64,000 nt of DNA from Gemmatimonadota bacterium (GCA_041390105.1 JAWKQO010000004.1:64158-128157), one strand, 5' to 3'. Numbered from the stretch's first letter, positions 9,497 to 17,983 are shown. Notes: generated by a model not told the origin, from the letters alone. Made by a program: numbers and translations.

Positions 9497-9952
9497 TCAG
9501 CGAACCGTCACGTGAACCGTGTCGACGACAAGCGGCTGCAGGGGTACGTGGGCAAAATCCGCCACCACCGCGATGAGGCGATGGACCCCGGGCGCGAGGT
9601 CCTCCAGGGTGGCTTCCGTCTGTGCCTGCCCGAAGTGCAGGTAGCCGGCCGTCGACGGCACGGGTTGTCCGGCGGGTGGGAGGTCGACATCCACCAGAAG
9701 ATGGTGGTGTCCCGAGCGCGGTTGCTCGGTGCCGGCCGGGACGATGTCGAGTCCGGTGACCTCGAACACGACGCGCACCGGGCCCTCGACGGTGTCCCCG
9801 TCCTGAGGCTCCACGAGCCGCACGCTCATCGAGGGCTCGGCCGCGGCCTCCGTAGCTGGCGCCGCCCCCTGGGAGCGTTCACCCCCACAGGCCGCAGCCA
9901 GAGCGACCAGCAGCCAAACCGCATCGGTCCTGAGTGTCTTCAAGGCGCTCAT
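9497..9952 (-). CDS. DUF4399-type lipoprotein
   Basis: MSALKTLRTDAVWLLVALAAACGG is a lipobox-type signal. The motif SGHHHLLVDVD follows, then the LHFGQAQTE region. Its ATG (9950-9952) overlaps the symporter stop (9949-9951) as ATGA. Confidence 0.7.
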   Translation of the reverse strand: MSALKTLRTDAVWLLVALAAACGGERSQGAAPATEAAAEPSMSVRLVEPQDGDTVEGPVRVVFEVTGLDIVPAGTEQPRSGHHHLLVDVDLPPAGQPVPSTAGYLHFGQAQTEATLEDLAPGVHRLIAVVADFAHVPLQPLVVDTVHVTVR

Positions 9953-11679
9953 GGCTTCCTCCCGGCCTTCGACCGGTGGGTCTCCGCCTGTTGGATGTAG
10001 GGTTTCCGCTCGAAGTAGGAGTCGGTCATCTCCTTCACCTTGCCGGAGAGGAGCGCCAGCGCAATCAGGTTCGGCCAGATCACGATGGCGAGAAAGATGT
10101 CTCCGAGGTCCCATACCACTGTGAGCGGTAGCACGGCACCGATGAAGTGCATGGCCACGAACGCCATCTTGTAGGGCAGGATGGCTTTCGCGCCGAAGAG
10201 GTAGTTCGCGCAGCGATCGCCGTAGTAGCTCCAGGAGATGGCGGTGGAGATCGCGAACATCAGCACCGAGATGACGACGATCATCTGCCCGAGCCCCGCC
10301 AACCCACCGAAGCCGCGCCGGAATGCCTCCAGGGTGAGCGGAGCTCCGTTCTCGGCCGCGAGCGCGTACAGGGAGGCGTAGGTGGTTCCGTCCTCGGCGA
10401 GGGCCAGGCCCTCAGAGGGCCGCACGACACCGGTGAAGGGGCTCGTCCGTTCGGCGTCGGTGAACAACTCCTCCAGCGGCGCTTCGTGCCACGCGAGCAA
10501 CGTGGCCCCCGGTCCGTCGGCGGCGTGCCGTCCGTTGGAGAAACTGAGCTCGGCCGGCACCGAGGTGACCACGAAACGGCCGGATTCGGCCTCGGTGCGA
10601 TAGGACAGGTCGCCGCCAGCCAGCGTGATCTCGGTGGGAATCCGGTCGTTCCACACACCGGTCATGATCACCACGAGGCCGGTCATGGTGCAGATGACGA
10701 TGGTGTCGATGAAGGGCTCCAGCAGCGCGACGACACCCTCGGAGACCGGCTCAGGAGTCTTGGCTGCAGCATGGGCGATGGGGGCCGAGCCCTGCCCCGC
10801 TTCGTTCGAGAACAAGCCTCGGCGAACACCCCACATGAGGGTCACCAGCAGTGCACCCATCCCCGTACCAGCCACGCCGGCGGTGGGATTGAACGCCTCA
10901 CGGAAGATCAAGCCCAAGGTGGGGAATAGCTGGCCCAGGTTTGTGAGGATGATGAACAACGCCCCCAGCACGTACAGGGCCGCCATCAGGGGCGCGAGAA
11001 TACCGGTGACCTTCCCGATGCGGCTGATCCCTCCCAGGATCACCAAGGCGACCAGGCTCGAAGTCACCAGACCGGTGACCCAGGGAGCGACGCCGAAAAC
11101 AGCCTGCATGTTGTCGGCGACGGTGTTCGCCTGCACGGCATTGCCCGTGAGGAACGCCGTGATGCCGAGAATGAAGGCGAAGAACAGCGCCATCCAACGC
11201 CACGAGGGACCGAGCCCGCGCTCGATGTAGTACATCGGCCCACCGGACACGGTGCCGGCCCAGCTACCCTGGGACTCCATGGTCCGGTACTTCTGCGCCA
11301 GCGTGACCTCCGTGTACTTCGTGGCCATGCCCAGGAACGCGGTCACCCACATCCAGAACAGCGCCCCAGGTCCTCCCCAGTGGATGGCGACGGCGACACC
11401 GGCGATGTTGCCGATCCCGACGGTGGCCGACAGGGCGGTGGTGAGCGCCTGGAAGTGGCTGACGTCCCCCTCGTCGTCGGGATCGTCGTATTTGCCGCTG
11501 GTGACGGCGAACCCGTGCCCCAACCGCCGCAACTGTACGAACCCGAGCCGCACCGTGAGGTAGAAGCCCACACCAAGGAGGACGATCACCATGAAGGGGA
11601 TCGTCTCGTCGCCCATGGGGATCCCGAGCTGGACGATGTAGCGGTTGCCGAGCTCGGACAGGCGTTGGATGAGGTCCAT
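9949..11679 (-). CDS. Sodium:alanine (AGCS family) symporter
   Basis: MDLIQRLSELGN...SGKYDDPDDEGDVSHFQALTTALSATVGIGNIAGVAVAIHWGGPGALFWMW..., with many TM helices. At 576 aa it is longer than typical family members because of a soluble insert of about 110 aa. Confidence 0.9.
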   Translation of the reverse strand: MDLIQRLSELGNRYIVQLGIPMGDETIPFMVIVLLGVGFYLTVRLGFVQLRRLGHGFAVTSGKYDDPDDEGDVSHFQALTTALSATVGIGNIAGVAVAIHWGGPGALFWMWVTAFLGMATKYTEVTLAQKYRTMESQGSWAGTVSGGPMYYIERGLGPSWRWMALFFAFILGITAFLTGNAVQANTVADNMQAVFGVAPWVTGLVTSSLVALVILGGISRIGKVTGILAPLMAALYVLGALFIILTNLGQLFPTLGLIFREAFNPTAGVAGTGMGALLVTLMWGVRRGLFSNEAGQGSAPIAHAAAKTPEPVSEGVVALLEPFIDTIVICTMTGLVVIMTGVWNDRIPTEITLAGGDLSYRTEAESGRFVVTSVPAELSFSNGRHAADGPGATLLAWHEAPLEELFTDAERTSPFTGVVRPSEGLALAEDGTTYASLYALAAENGAPLTLEAFRRGFGGLAGLGQMIVVISVLMFAISTAISWSYYGDRCANYLFGAKAILPYKMAFVAMHFIGAVLPLTVVWDLGDIFLAIVIWPNLIALALLSGKVKEMTDSYFERKPYIQQAETHRSKAGRKP

Positions 11680-11840
11680 GCGTCTTCTCGAGGGATGGGT
11701 TCGTGGGGAGGACTCCGGGACGACCGGGTCGAGGCAGTTTACCCCGGGCCCGCAGCGACTGCCACCCCGTGGCCGAAACCCACTGACCGAGGGGGGCGTA
11801 CGGACGTTTGCCCCACCGCGACCCCGATCCGGAGTGCGCC

Positions 11841-12968
11841 ATGAGCCGCCGAATCCTCACCATCCTCCCCTTCCTCGTGGCCACCGCCACTCCCACCCTG
11901 GAGGCGCAACGGGCGCAAGCCGATCCCGACGATCGTGGTCTCAAAATCGCGATCGGTGACTTCGGGCTCGGCATCGGTGACGTACCTCGCCTGAACGGCC
12001 TGCGCATCAACTTCTCCGACGACGACCTGGACCGGATCAACGGGGTCAACCTGACGTTGTGGAAGCCGGACGAGCCGGTGCGCGGGACCATCAACGGACT
12101 GTCGATCGGGTTGCTCTCCCCGTCGGCGGACGTTCTGCGCGGAGTGACGCTCGGGCTCGGCGCCCCCGTGGCACAGGACGAGATGGTGGGTGTGAACCTC
12201 GGCGGGCTGGCGGTGGTCTCCACGGGAGTGCTGCGGGGAATCAGCGCGGCGGGGCTGGCTTTGGTGGCCGAAGACGAGATCGAAGGGATCGGAGCAGCCG
12301 GTCTGGCTCTGGTTTCGGAAGGCGGGATCACCGGGGCACACGTCGGCGGACTCGCGGTTGTCAGTCAGGGGGAGATGCGGGGCATCCACGCCGGCGGTCT
12401 CGCGCTGGTGAGCCAGGGACCCATCGCCGGACTGGGACTCGGGGGATTGGCAGTGGTCACCGAGGGGGGCATCGACGGACTTGTGGCCGGGGGACTGGCC
12501 ACCGTCGCCAGCGGCGATGTCCAGGGAGCCGCGGCCGGGGGCCTGGCCGTGGTGTCGGAAGGGCGTTTTCGGGGAATCGCCGCCGCCGGTCTGGCGGTCG
12601 TCGCCGGCGCCGATTTCACAGGGATCGGTCTGGGAGGTTTGGCCGTGGTATCCGGTGGTGACTACCGGGGCATCGCCCTGGGAGGTCTCGCCGTCGAAGC
12701 CGAAAACCGGCTGACCGGACTCGGCGCCGGCGCGTACAAGGTGAAGGCGTACGAGGTGAACGGCGCCGCCCTTGCCGTCGGCTGGACCGATCTCGCGCGT
12801 CTGAATGGATTCGCCGTGGGGGGCTACAATCGCATCGGATACCAGAGCGGTGTGAGCATCGGCCTCTACAACTCCGCCGAGGTGCTGTCAGGCCTCCAGA
12901 TCGGGCTTCTCAACCGAGCCGACAACGCTCGCTTCCGCTACCTCCCCTTCGTGAACGCCAAGTTCTAG
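11841..12968 (+). CDS. Secreted repeat protein built almost entirely of ~16-residue G-h-x-h-G-G-L-A-V-V units
   Basis: ATG 11841 gives MSRRILTILPFLVATATPTLEAQ, a signal peptide. About 20 consecutive units follow, for example GVNLGGLAVVSTGVLR, GISAAGLALVAEDEIE, GIGAAGLALVSEGGIT and GAHVGGLAVVSQGEMR. The protein ends GLQIGLLNRADNARFRYLPFVNAKF. Confidence 0.7.
   Translation: MSRRILTILPFLVATATPTLEAQRAQADPDDRGLKIAIGDFGLGIGDVPRLNGLRINFSDDDLDRINGVNLTLWKPDEPVRGTINGLSIGLLSPSADVLRGVTLGLGAPVAQDEMVGVNLGGLAVVSTGVLRGISAAGLALVAEDEIEGIGAAGLALVSEGGITGAHVGGLAVVSQGEMRGIHAGGLALVSQGPIAGLGLGGLAVVTEGGIDGLVAGGLATVASGDVQGAAAGGLAVVSEGRFRGIAAAGLAVVAGADFTGIGLGGLAVVSGGDYRGIALGGLAVEAENRLTGLGAGAYKVKAYEVNGAALAVGWTDLARLNGFAVGGYNRIGYQSGVSIGLYNSAEVLSGLQIGLLNRADNARFRYLPFVNAKF
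12141..12716 (+). repeat. In-frame tandem array of about twelve 48-bp (16-codon) repeats inside CDS 11841-12968
   Basis: Protein residues 101-292 split into 12 exact 16-residue units, each starting with G and sharing the core GGLAxV. The periodicity is visible in the DNA as recurring ggcgg(a/g)ct(g/c)gc(g/a)gt(g/c)gt stretches. Confidence 0.8.
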
Positions 12969-13003
12969 CGGGCGGCCCGAGCAGCTGCGGGGCGGGCCGG
13001 GCG

Positions 13004-13162
13004 GAGTGGAACCGGCGGCCCCCTTCGCGGGGTCGCTCGCCGCGGTCGGGACGTCACGTTCGGCGGCTCGCTGCCGGATGCGGGGCCTCGCGTCCCGGTA
13101 AGGCTGGCTTCCCGGGCTGCCTCGCATCCGAGCCCCCGCGGCGGGGGCCGCCGGCCCCACTC
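13004..13162. repeat. GC-rich ~160-bp element, copy A, with ~29-nt terminal inverted repeats
   Basis: The 5' end gagtggaaccggcggcccccttcgcgggg is complementary to the 3' end cccccgcggcgggggccgccggccccactc. The core 13019-13140 is an imperfect reverse complement of 13412-13533. Confidence 0.8.
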
Positions 13163-13385
13163 CTCACCGCTTCCGGGGTCCCGCTGGTGGGGCGCCCGGT
13201 GGGGGGGACAGGAAAGCAGCAGAAGGGGTGTGCCAGCCGGTGCGTCCCCCTGACCGAGGCCGCCTGACCCACCAGGGGCCCGCCCAAGCGGGCCCACCCT
13301 GAACCAAGGCGAGTCCGGCCAACGAACGTGCCCCCGCCAACAGGGACGCAGGCCCCGCCAGGGGCCGCCCGTCCCGCCGGTTGGG

Positions 13386-13552
13386 GTGCCGCGGTCCACC
13401 GGGGCCCCGCGCGCGGGGGCTCGGATGCGGGGTAGCCCGCGGCGCCAGCCCTACCGGACCGTGACGCCCCGCATCCGCGCAGCGAGCCGACGAAGGTGAA
13501 GCCCCGACCACGGCGAGCGACCCCGCGAAGGGGCCCCGCTGGACCGCGGCAC
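13386..13552. repeat. GC-rich ~165-bp element, copy B, inverted relative to copy A, with ~32-nt terminal inverted repeats
   Basis: The 5' end is gtgccgcggtccaccggggccccgcgcgcgggg. The 3' end ccccgcgaaggggccccgctggaccgcggcac has reverse complement gtgccgcggtccagcggggccccttcgcgggg. The internal sequence (ctcggatgcgggg...cgcatccgcgcagcgagccgacgaagg...cggcgagcgaccccgcgaagggg) is the reverse complement of copy A at most positions. Confidence 0.8.
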
Positions 13553-13677
13553 CCGTCACCCTGCACGGACCGGCAGCCGCGCACACGGCGGGGCCCAACA
13601 CGATTCGAGGGGGCCGCCGCGTGCTGCGACGAGCCCCCTCTGCGCTTTGGAGCGAAGCGCGGTCTTTCAGGCGGGAA

Positions 13678-14880
13678 TCACCCCACCGCGTTGATCATGT
13701 CGAAGATCGGCAGGTACATGGCCACGATCATTCCGCCGACCACCACACCCAACACCACGATCATGATGGGCTCCATGGCGGACAGCAGAACCTCGACCGC
13801 GGCGTCAACCTCTTCGTCGTAGAAATCGGCGATCTTGGAGAGCATCTCATCGAGCCCGCCGGTCTGCTCACCCACGTTGATCATCTGGACCACCATGGGC
13901 GGGAAGACGCCGGATTCCTTCAGCGGCCCGGCGATGGTCTCACCGCCGGCGATCGAGGCCCGCGAGCCCATGACCGCGTCATGGATGACGCGATTGCCCG
14001 ACGTCTTCGCAGTGATCTCGAGGCCTTCGAGGATCGACACACCGGACGACACCAAGGTCCCCAACGTTCGCGTAAAGCGTGCGACCGCGGCCTTGCGTTG
14101 AACGTCGCCAAGGATCGGAACCCGCAGCAGCAGCCGGTCGATCATCAGGCGTCCGTCATCCGTCCGATAGACCTGCCGGATACCGAACCCGGCGGCGATC
14201 CCGGCGAGTCCCACCGCCCACCAGTACCCCTTGAGGAAGGAGGACATGTTGATGACGATCTGCGTGGGCAACGGCAGGGGGATGCCGGCGGCGGAGAACA
14301 TGTTCTGGAAGGTCGGAATCACGAAAATGAGCAGGATGCTGACCGCCGACGCCGCCACTCCCATGATCACGCCCGGATAGACCATGGCACCTTTGATCTT
14401 GCGGATGAGGGCGTCGTTCTTCTCCAAGAACGTGGCCAGGCGCAGCAGGATGGTGTCCAGGATACCGCCGGCCTCACCGGCTGCCACCATGTTCACGAAG
14501 AGCTCGCTGAAGATCCGTGGATGCTTGCGCATCGCGTCCGCGAGCGTATGGCCGGACTCCACGTCGTACAACACATCCTTGATGGTCTTCCGTAGCGTCT
14601 GGTTCTCGGTCTGCTCTGCCAGGATGTCCAGGCTCTGCACCAGGGGAAGTCCGGAGTTGATCATCGTGGCGAACTGACGCGTGAAGATCACGATATCGCG
14701 TGTCTTGACGCCGCTCCCGAACTTGAGCTGGAACTGCTTCTCGGCTTCCCGAACCGAGACCGGAATCATCTTCTGCTTGTGGAGGTACGCCATCACCTCC
14801 TCGCGAGTCGGCAGCTCGATCTCGCCGGTCTGGATGTCCCCCCCTGCAACGGGCCGGGCACTGTATGCGAACTTGGCCAT
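13678..14880 (-). CDS. pilC: Type IV pilus platform protein PilC (GspF family)
   Basis: 400 aa. MAKFAYSARPVAGGDIQTGEIELPTREEVMAYLHKQKMIPVSV..., two T2SS-F repeats (TRQFATMINSGLPLVQSLDIL and FTRTLGTLVSSGVSILEGLEI), and the C-terminal LLSAMEPIMIVVLGVVVGGMIVAMYLPIF. Confidence 0.95.
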   Translation of the reverse strand: MAKFAYSARPVAGGDIQTGEIELPTREEVMAYLHKQKMIPVSVREAEKQFQLKFGSGVKTRDIVIFTRQFATMINSGLPLVQSLDILAEQTENQTLRKTIKDVLYDVESGHTLADAMRKHPRIFSELFVNMVAAGEAGGILDTILLRLATFLEKNDALIRKIKGAMVYPGVIMGVAASAVSILLIFVIPTFQNMFSAAGIPLPLPTQIVINMSSFLKGYWWAVGLAGIAAGFGIRQVYRTDDGRLMIDRLLLRVPILGDVQRKAAVARFTRTLGTLVSSGVSILEGLEITAKTSGNRVIHDAVMGSRASIAGGETIAGPLKESGVFPPMVVQMINVGEQTGGLDEMLSKIADFYDEEVDAAVEVLLSAMEPIMIVVLGVVVGGMIVAMYLPIFDMINAVG

Positions 14881-14915
14881 GAGCTTCTTGGTTCCGGTTC
14901 AGGTTGCTGGGACGC

Positions 14916-16043
14916 CTACTCCAAGCCGGACGGGACCGGCTCGCCGACGGCTCGCAGGAGCTCGTTCGGGTCGGGGGAGCGCTTCAGGATCTCGTCCAGA
15001 GTCGCATCCCCCTTCATGTACAGATATGCCAGCGCATCGTTCATCGTCTGCATGCCGTGCTTCTTCCCGGCCTGCAGGAGGGAGTAGATCTGGTGGACCT
15101 TCTCGTCCCGGATACAGGCGCGGATGGCCGGCGTACACACCATGATCTCGGTGGCGATGCAACGACCCGCTCCGCGGGCCCGCGGAAGCAAGGTCTGTGT
15201 GATCACCCCTTCGAGCACGAAGGCGAGCTGCGCACGGATCTGCGGCTGCTGGTGCCCGGGAAACGCATCGATGATCCGGTTGATGGACTCGGCCGCGGAG
15301 TTGGTGTGCAGGGTGGCCAAGACCAGGTGACCCGTCTCGGCGATGGTCAATGCCGCCGAAATGGTCTCCAGGTCCCGCATCTCGCCGATCAAAATGACAT
15401 CCGGGTCCTGGCGAAGCGCATACTTGAGGCCCGCCGCGAAGCTCTGGGTGTCCGTACCCACTTCGCGCTGGTTCACCACGCAGTTCTGGTGACGGTGGAT
15501 GAACTCGATCGGATCCTCGATCGTGATGATGTGACCCTTCCGCTCACGGTTGATTTTGTCCAGCATCGCCGCAAGCGTCGTCGACTTACCGGAACCGGTG
15601 GGGCCGGTGACCAGCACCAGGCCGCGTGGCTTCTCGGCGAACTTGTTGGCGACACCGGGCAGTCCGAGCTTCTCCAGCGAGTGGATCTCGTAGGGGATCT
15701 GGCGGATGGCGAGCGCCACGCACCCGCGCTGCTTGTAGCAGTTGCCGCGGAAGCGCGACAGGTTCTGCACTCCGAAGGAGAAGTCGAGTTCGTCTTCCGT
15801 CTCGAAACGCTTCTTCTGAGCCTCGGTCAGGATCGAGTAGGCCAGCTGCAGCGTGTCCTTGGGAGTCAGCACGTGATCGACGGACGAACGCACCAGCGCC
15901 CCGTCCACCCGAATCATGGGTCGCTCCCCCACTGTGATGTGCAAATCCGAGCCCTTGCGACGGATGAGCTCTTCCAGGAGAATGCGAAGGCTGAGGTCGT
16001 TCCGCGGAGGGGGGCTCTGTGGGGACGGTGCGTTTGAATCCAT
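14916..16043 (-). CDS. pilT: Twitching-motility retraction ATPase PilT
   Basis: GSDLHITVGERPMIRVDG, Walker A VTGPTGSGKSTT, IITIEDPIEFIH, PDVILIGEMRD, and GHLVLATLHTNSAAESINRIID. Confidence 0.95.
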   Translation of the reverse strand: MDSNAPSPQSPPPRNDLSLRILLEELIRRKGSDLHITVGERPMIRVDGALVRSSVDHVLTPKDTLQLAYSILTEAQKKRFETEDELDFSFGVQNLSRFRGNCYKQRGCVALAIRQIPYEIHSLEKLGLPGVANKFAEKPRGLVLVTGPTGSGKSTTLAAMLDKINRERKGHIITIEDPIEFIHRHQNCVVNQREVGTDTQSFAAGLKYALRQDPDVILIGEMRDLETISAALTIAETGHLVLATLHTNSAAESINRIIDAFPGHQQPQIRAQLAFVLEGVITQTLLPRARGAGRCIATEIMVCTPAIRACIRDEKVHQIYSLLQAGKKHGMQTMNDALAYLYMKGDATLDEILKRSPDPNELLRAVGEPVPSGLE

Positions 16044-16074
16044 GATGCCTGTCGATCCGTGAGAAGGTTGGCGG

Positions 16075-17796
16075 TCAGTTGGCCGCTGCGGTTTCCTTGA
16101 GAATCTCTTCGAGTGACGTCACGCCGCGCTCCAGCTTCTTCAGTCCGTCCATGCGCAACGTCAGCATGCCCTCGGAGACGGCAGCCTCACGGAGCTCGTC
16201 CGTGCCGACCGCCTGCATGATCAACTTGCGCACCGTGGACGTCACTGCCATCACCTCGTACAAGCCCTGGCGACCCCGGTACCCGCTGCCGCCACATTCA
16301 TCGCAGCCCTCGCCCTTGTAGAACGTCACCCGCTGGATGAAGTCATCCGGCAGGCGGGCCGCCCGCAACTCCGACTCGGGATAGCTCGCTTCCACCTTGC
16401 ACTTGCTGCAGATCCGGCGAACCAGGCGCTGGGCCGTCACCAGGTTCAGGGCGGCGGCCACGTTGAAGGGCTCCAACCCCATGTCGATCAGACGAGTCAC
16501 CGTCGAAGGGGCATCATTCGTGTGAAGCGTGGAGAGCACCAGGTGTCCCGTCAATGCTGCTTTGATGGCGATGCCGCCAGTTTCCAGGTCGCGGACCTCA
16601 CCCACCATGATGATGTTGGGGTCCTGACGCAGGAACGCCTTCAAGGCGGCCGCGAAGTCCAGGCCGATCTCCGGTCGCACCTGCACCTGGTTGATGCCGT
16701 GCAGGTTGTACTCGACCGGGTCCTCGGCCGTCATGATGTTCACTTCCTCGGTGCTGACCTTGGACAGCGCCGAGTAGAGGGTGGTGGTCTTTCCGGAGCC
16801 GGTGGGCCCCGTCACCAACACCATCCCGTAGGGGTTGGCGATGGCCGTCATGAAGTCCTGCTCGGCCTGCGGTTCGAAGCCGAACTTGGACAGATCGAAC
16901 GTCAGGTTTCCCTTGTCGAGGATACGCAGCACGATCTTCTCGCCGAAGATCACCGGCAGCGTGGACACACGGAAATCGACGACCTTGTTCTTCATGCGCA
17001 GCTTGATGCGCCCGTCCTGGGGCACACGCCGCTCCGCGATGTTGAGATCGGAAAGGATCTTGATCCGGGAGGTAAGCGCCGCCTTCATCTTCATCGGCGG
17101 CTTCATGACTTCCTGCAAGGCACCGTCGATGCGATAGCGAACCCGGATCTCTTTTTCGTAAGGCTCGATGTGGATGTCGGAGACGCCCTTCATCACGGCG
17201 TCCGTTAAAAGCCCGTTGATGAACTTGACGACGGGAGCTTGCTCGACCTGCGCCTGCAGCGCAGCGACGGAGACCTCGTCGTCCTCGGCGTCCTCCACGA
17301 ACTCGAGCTCGTCCTCCTCGATGAAGTCCGAGAGGAGGGTGACCATCTGATCGTCGGGCGCCTCGTAATAGCGCTCGAGGATTCCCCGCAGCGTGAACTC
17401 CCCGACGATGACCGGTTCGATCTCGGAGCGAGTGATGAATTTGACGTCATCGATCGCTCCCAGATCGGAAGGATCGACCATGGCAACGGTCAGCCGCCGG
17501 CCGACCCGTCGGAGCGGCAGGACCAGATGCTTGACCGCGATGTCCCCCGGAATCACCCGCAGGAGCTTCTCGTCGATCTCGATCTTGCTGAGGTCGACGG
17601 CAGGGACGCGATGCTGCTTCGCGAGGACGCGGGTAAGCGCCACCTCCTCGACAAAGCCGAGCTTGACCAGCTGGAAACCGACCCGGGTCTTGTGCGACCG
17701 GGCCTCCCGCATGGCCTCGCTCAGTTGTTCGGTGTTGATGAGGCCTTCCTTGACCAGGAGCTCGCCCAGTCGGTCGGCCGCCACTTTCGTCGCCAT
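16075..17796 (-). CDS. pilB: Type IV pilus assembly ATPase PilB (GspE family)
   Basis: Start ATG 17796 gives MATKVAADRLGELLVKEGLINTEQL, the N-terminal GSPII_E_N domain. Walker A VTGPTGSGKTTTLYS. Tetracysteine motif CSKCK...CDECGGSGYRGRQGLYE. The 763-aa ORF in the track is an upstream extension that overlaps comEA. Confidence 0.95.
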   Translation of the reverse strand: MATKVAADRLGELLVKEGLINTEQLSEAMREARSHKTRVGFQLVKLGFVEEVALTRVLAKQHRVPAVDLSKIEIDEKLLRVIPGDIAVKHLVLPLRRVGRRLTVAMVDPSDLGAIDDVKFITRSEIEPVIVGEFTLRGILERYYEAPDDQMVTLLSDFIEEDELEFVEDAEDDEVSVAALQAQVEQAPVVKFINGLLTDAVMKGVSDIHIEPYEKEIRVRYRIDGALQEVMKPPMKMKAALTSRIKILSDLNIAERRVPQDGRIKLRMKNKVVDFRVSTLPVIFGEKIVLRILDKGNLTFDLSKFGFEPQAEQDFMTAIANPYGMVLVTGPTGSGKTTTLYSALSKVSTEEVNIMTAEDPVEYNLHGINQVQVRPEIGLDFAAALKAFLRQDPNIIMVGEVRDLETGGIAIKAALTGHLVLSTLHTNDAPSTVTRLIDMGLEPFNVAAALNLVTAQRLVRRICSKCKVEASYPESELRAARLPDDFIQRVTFYKGEGCDECGGSGYRGRQGLYEVMAVTSTVRKLIMQAVGTDELREAAVSEGMLTLRMDGLKKLERGVTSLEEILKETAAAN

Positions 17797-17842
17797 CCGC
17801 TCCCTACGCACCTCAGGTGGGTGGGTGTAGCGCCCCTCCCAC

Positions 17843-17858
17843 AGCACAAACAATGCCA
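17843..17858 (-). promoter_or_regulatory. Candidate sigma54 (-24/-12) promoter upstream of pilB
   Basis: The minus strand reads TGGCATTGTTTGTGCT against the consensus TGGCACG-N4-TTGCW. The GG and GC dinucleotides have the exact 10-nt spacing. The -12 element lies about 48 nt upstream of the pilB ATG (17796). An NtrC-type regulator gene is present at 1-396. Confidence 0.35.
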
Positions 17859-17983
17859 TCTGTGGGACTGTTGCCTCGGACCCTCGACGCGGCCCGCTGC
17901 CGCCCCCGCGACCCATGGCACCCGAGCAAAAAGGGTGCGACGGCGGGGTAGAAAGGGCCCCGCGCCCGGTCTGGCCTTCGGGC

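Noticed and set aside
11680-11840. Possible glycine riboswitch upstream of the alanine/Na+ symporter
   Set aside because: The minus-strand leader lacks the GGAGAG ... ACCGAAGGGGCAA ... CUCAGGCAAAAGGAC core. Only a short gggcaa fragment is present.
12141-12716. Regular 48-bp periodic repeats that could be mistaken for a CRISPR-like array
   Set aside because: The repeats are contiguous with no spacers, are in-frame, and encode a coherent 16-residue protein repeat within a signal-peptide-bearing ORF.
13200-13245. SRP (4.5S) RNA-like string ggaaagcagcagaaggggtgtgccagccgg, resembling GGAAGCAGCCAAGG...GUGUGCCGGG
   Set aside because: The 5' partner strand (GGUCAGGUCC) and a GNRA tetraloop closed by C-G pairs are missing. 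The domain IV fold cannot be drawn. I also found no RNase P, tmRNA or 6S signatures.
12965-13601. Three overlapping minus-strand ORFs (144, 176 and 145 aa) in the gap between 12968 and 13678
   Set aside because: All three frames are open simultaneously. The products are R/P/G/A-rich with no start context or motifs. The region is better explained by the inverted repeat elements.
13607-13640. Hairpin gagggggc-N18-gccccctc downstream of pilC as an intrinsic terminator
   Set aside because: It has only an 8-bp stem with an 18-nt loop and no U-tract. That is not distinguishable from chance in this GC-rich region.
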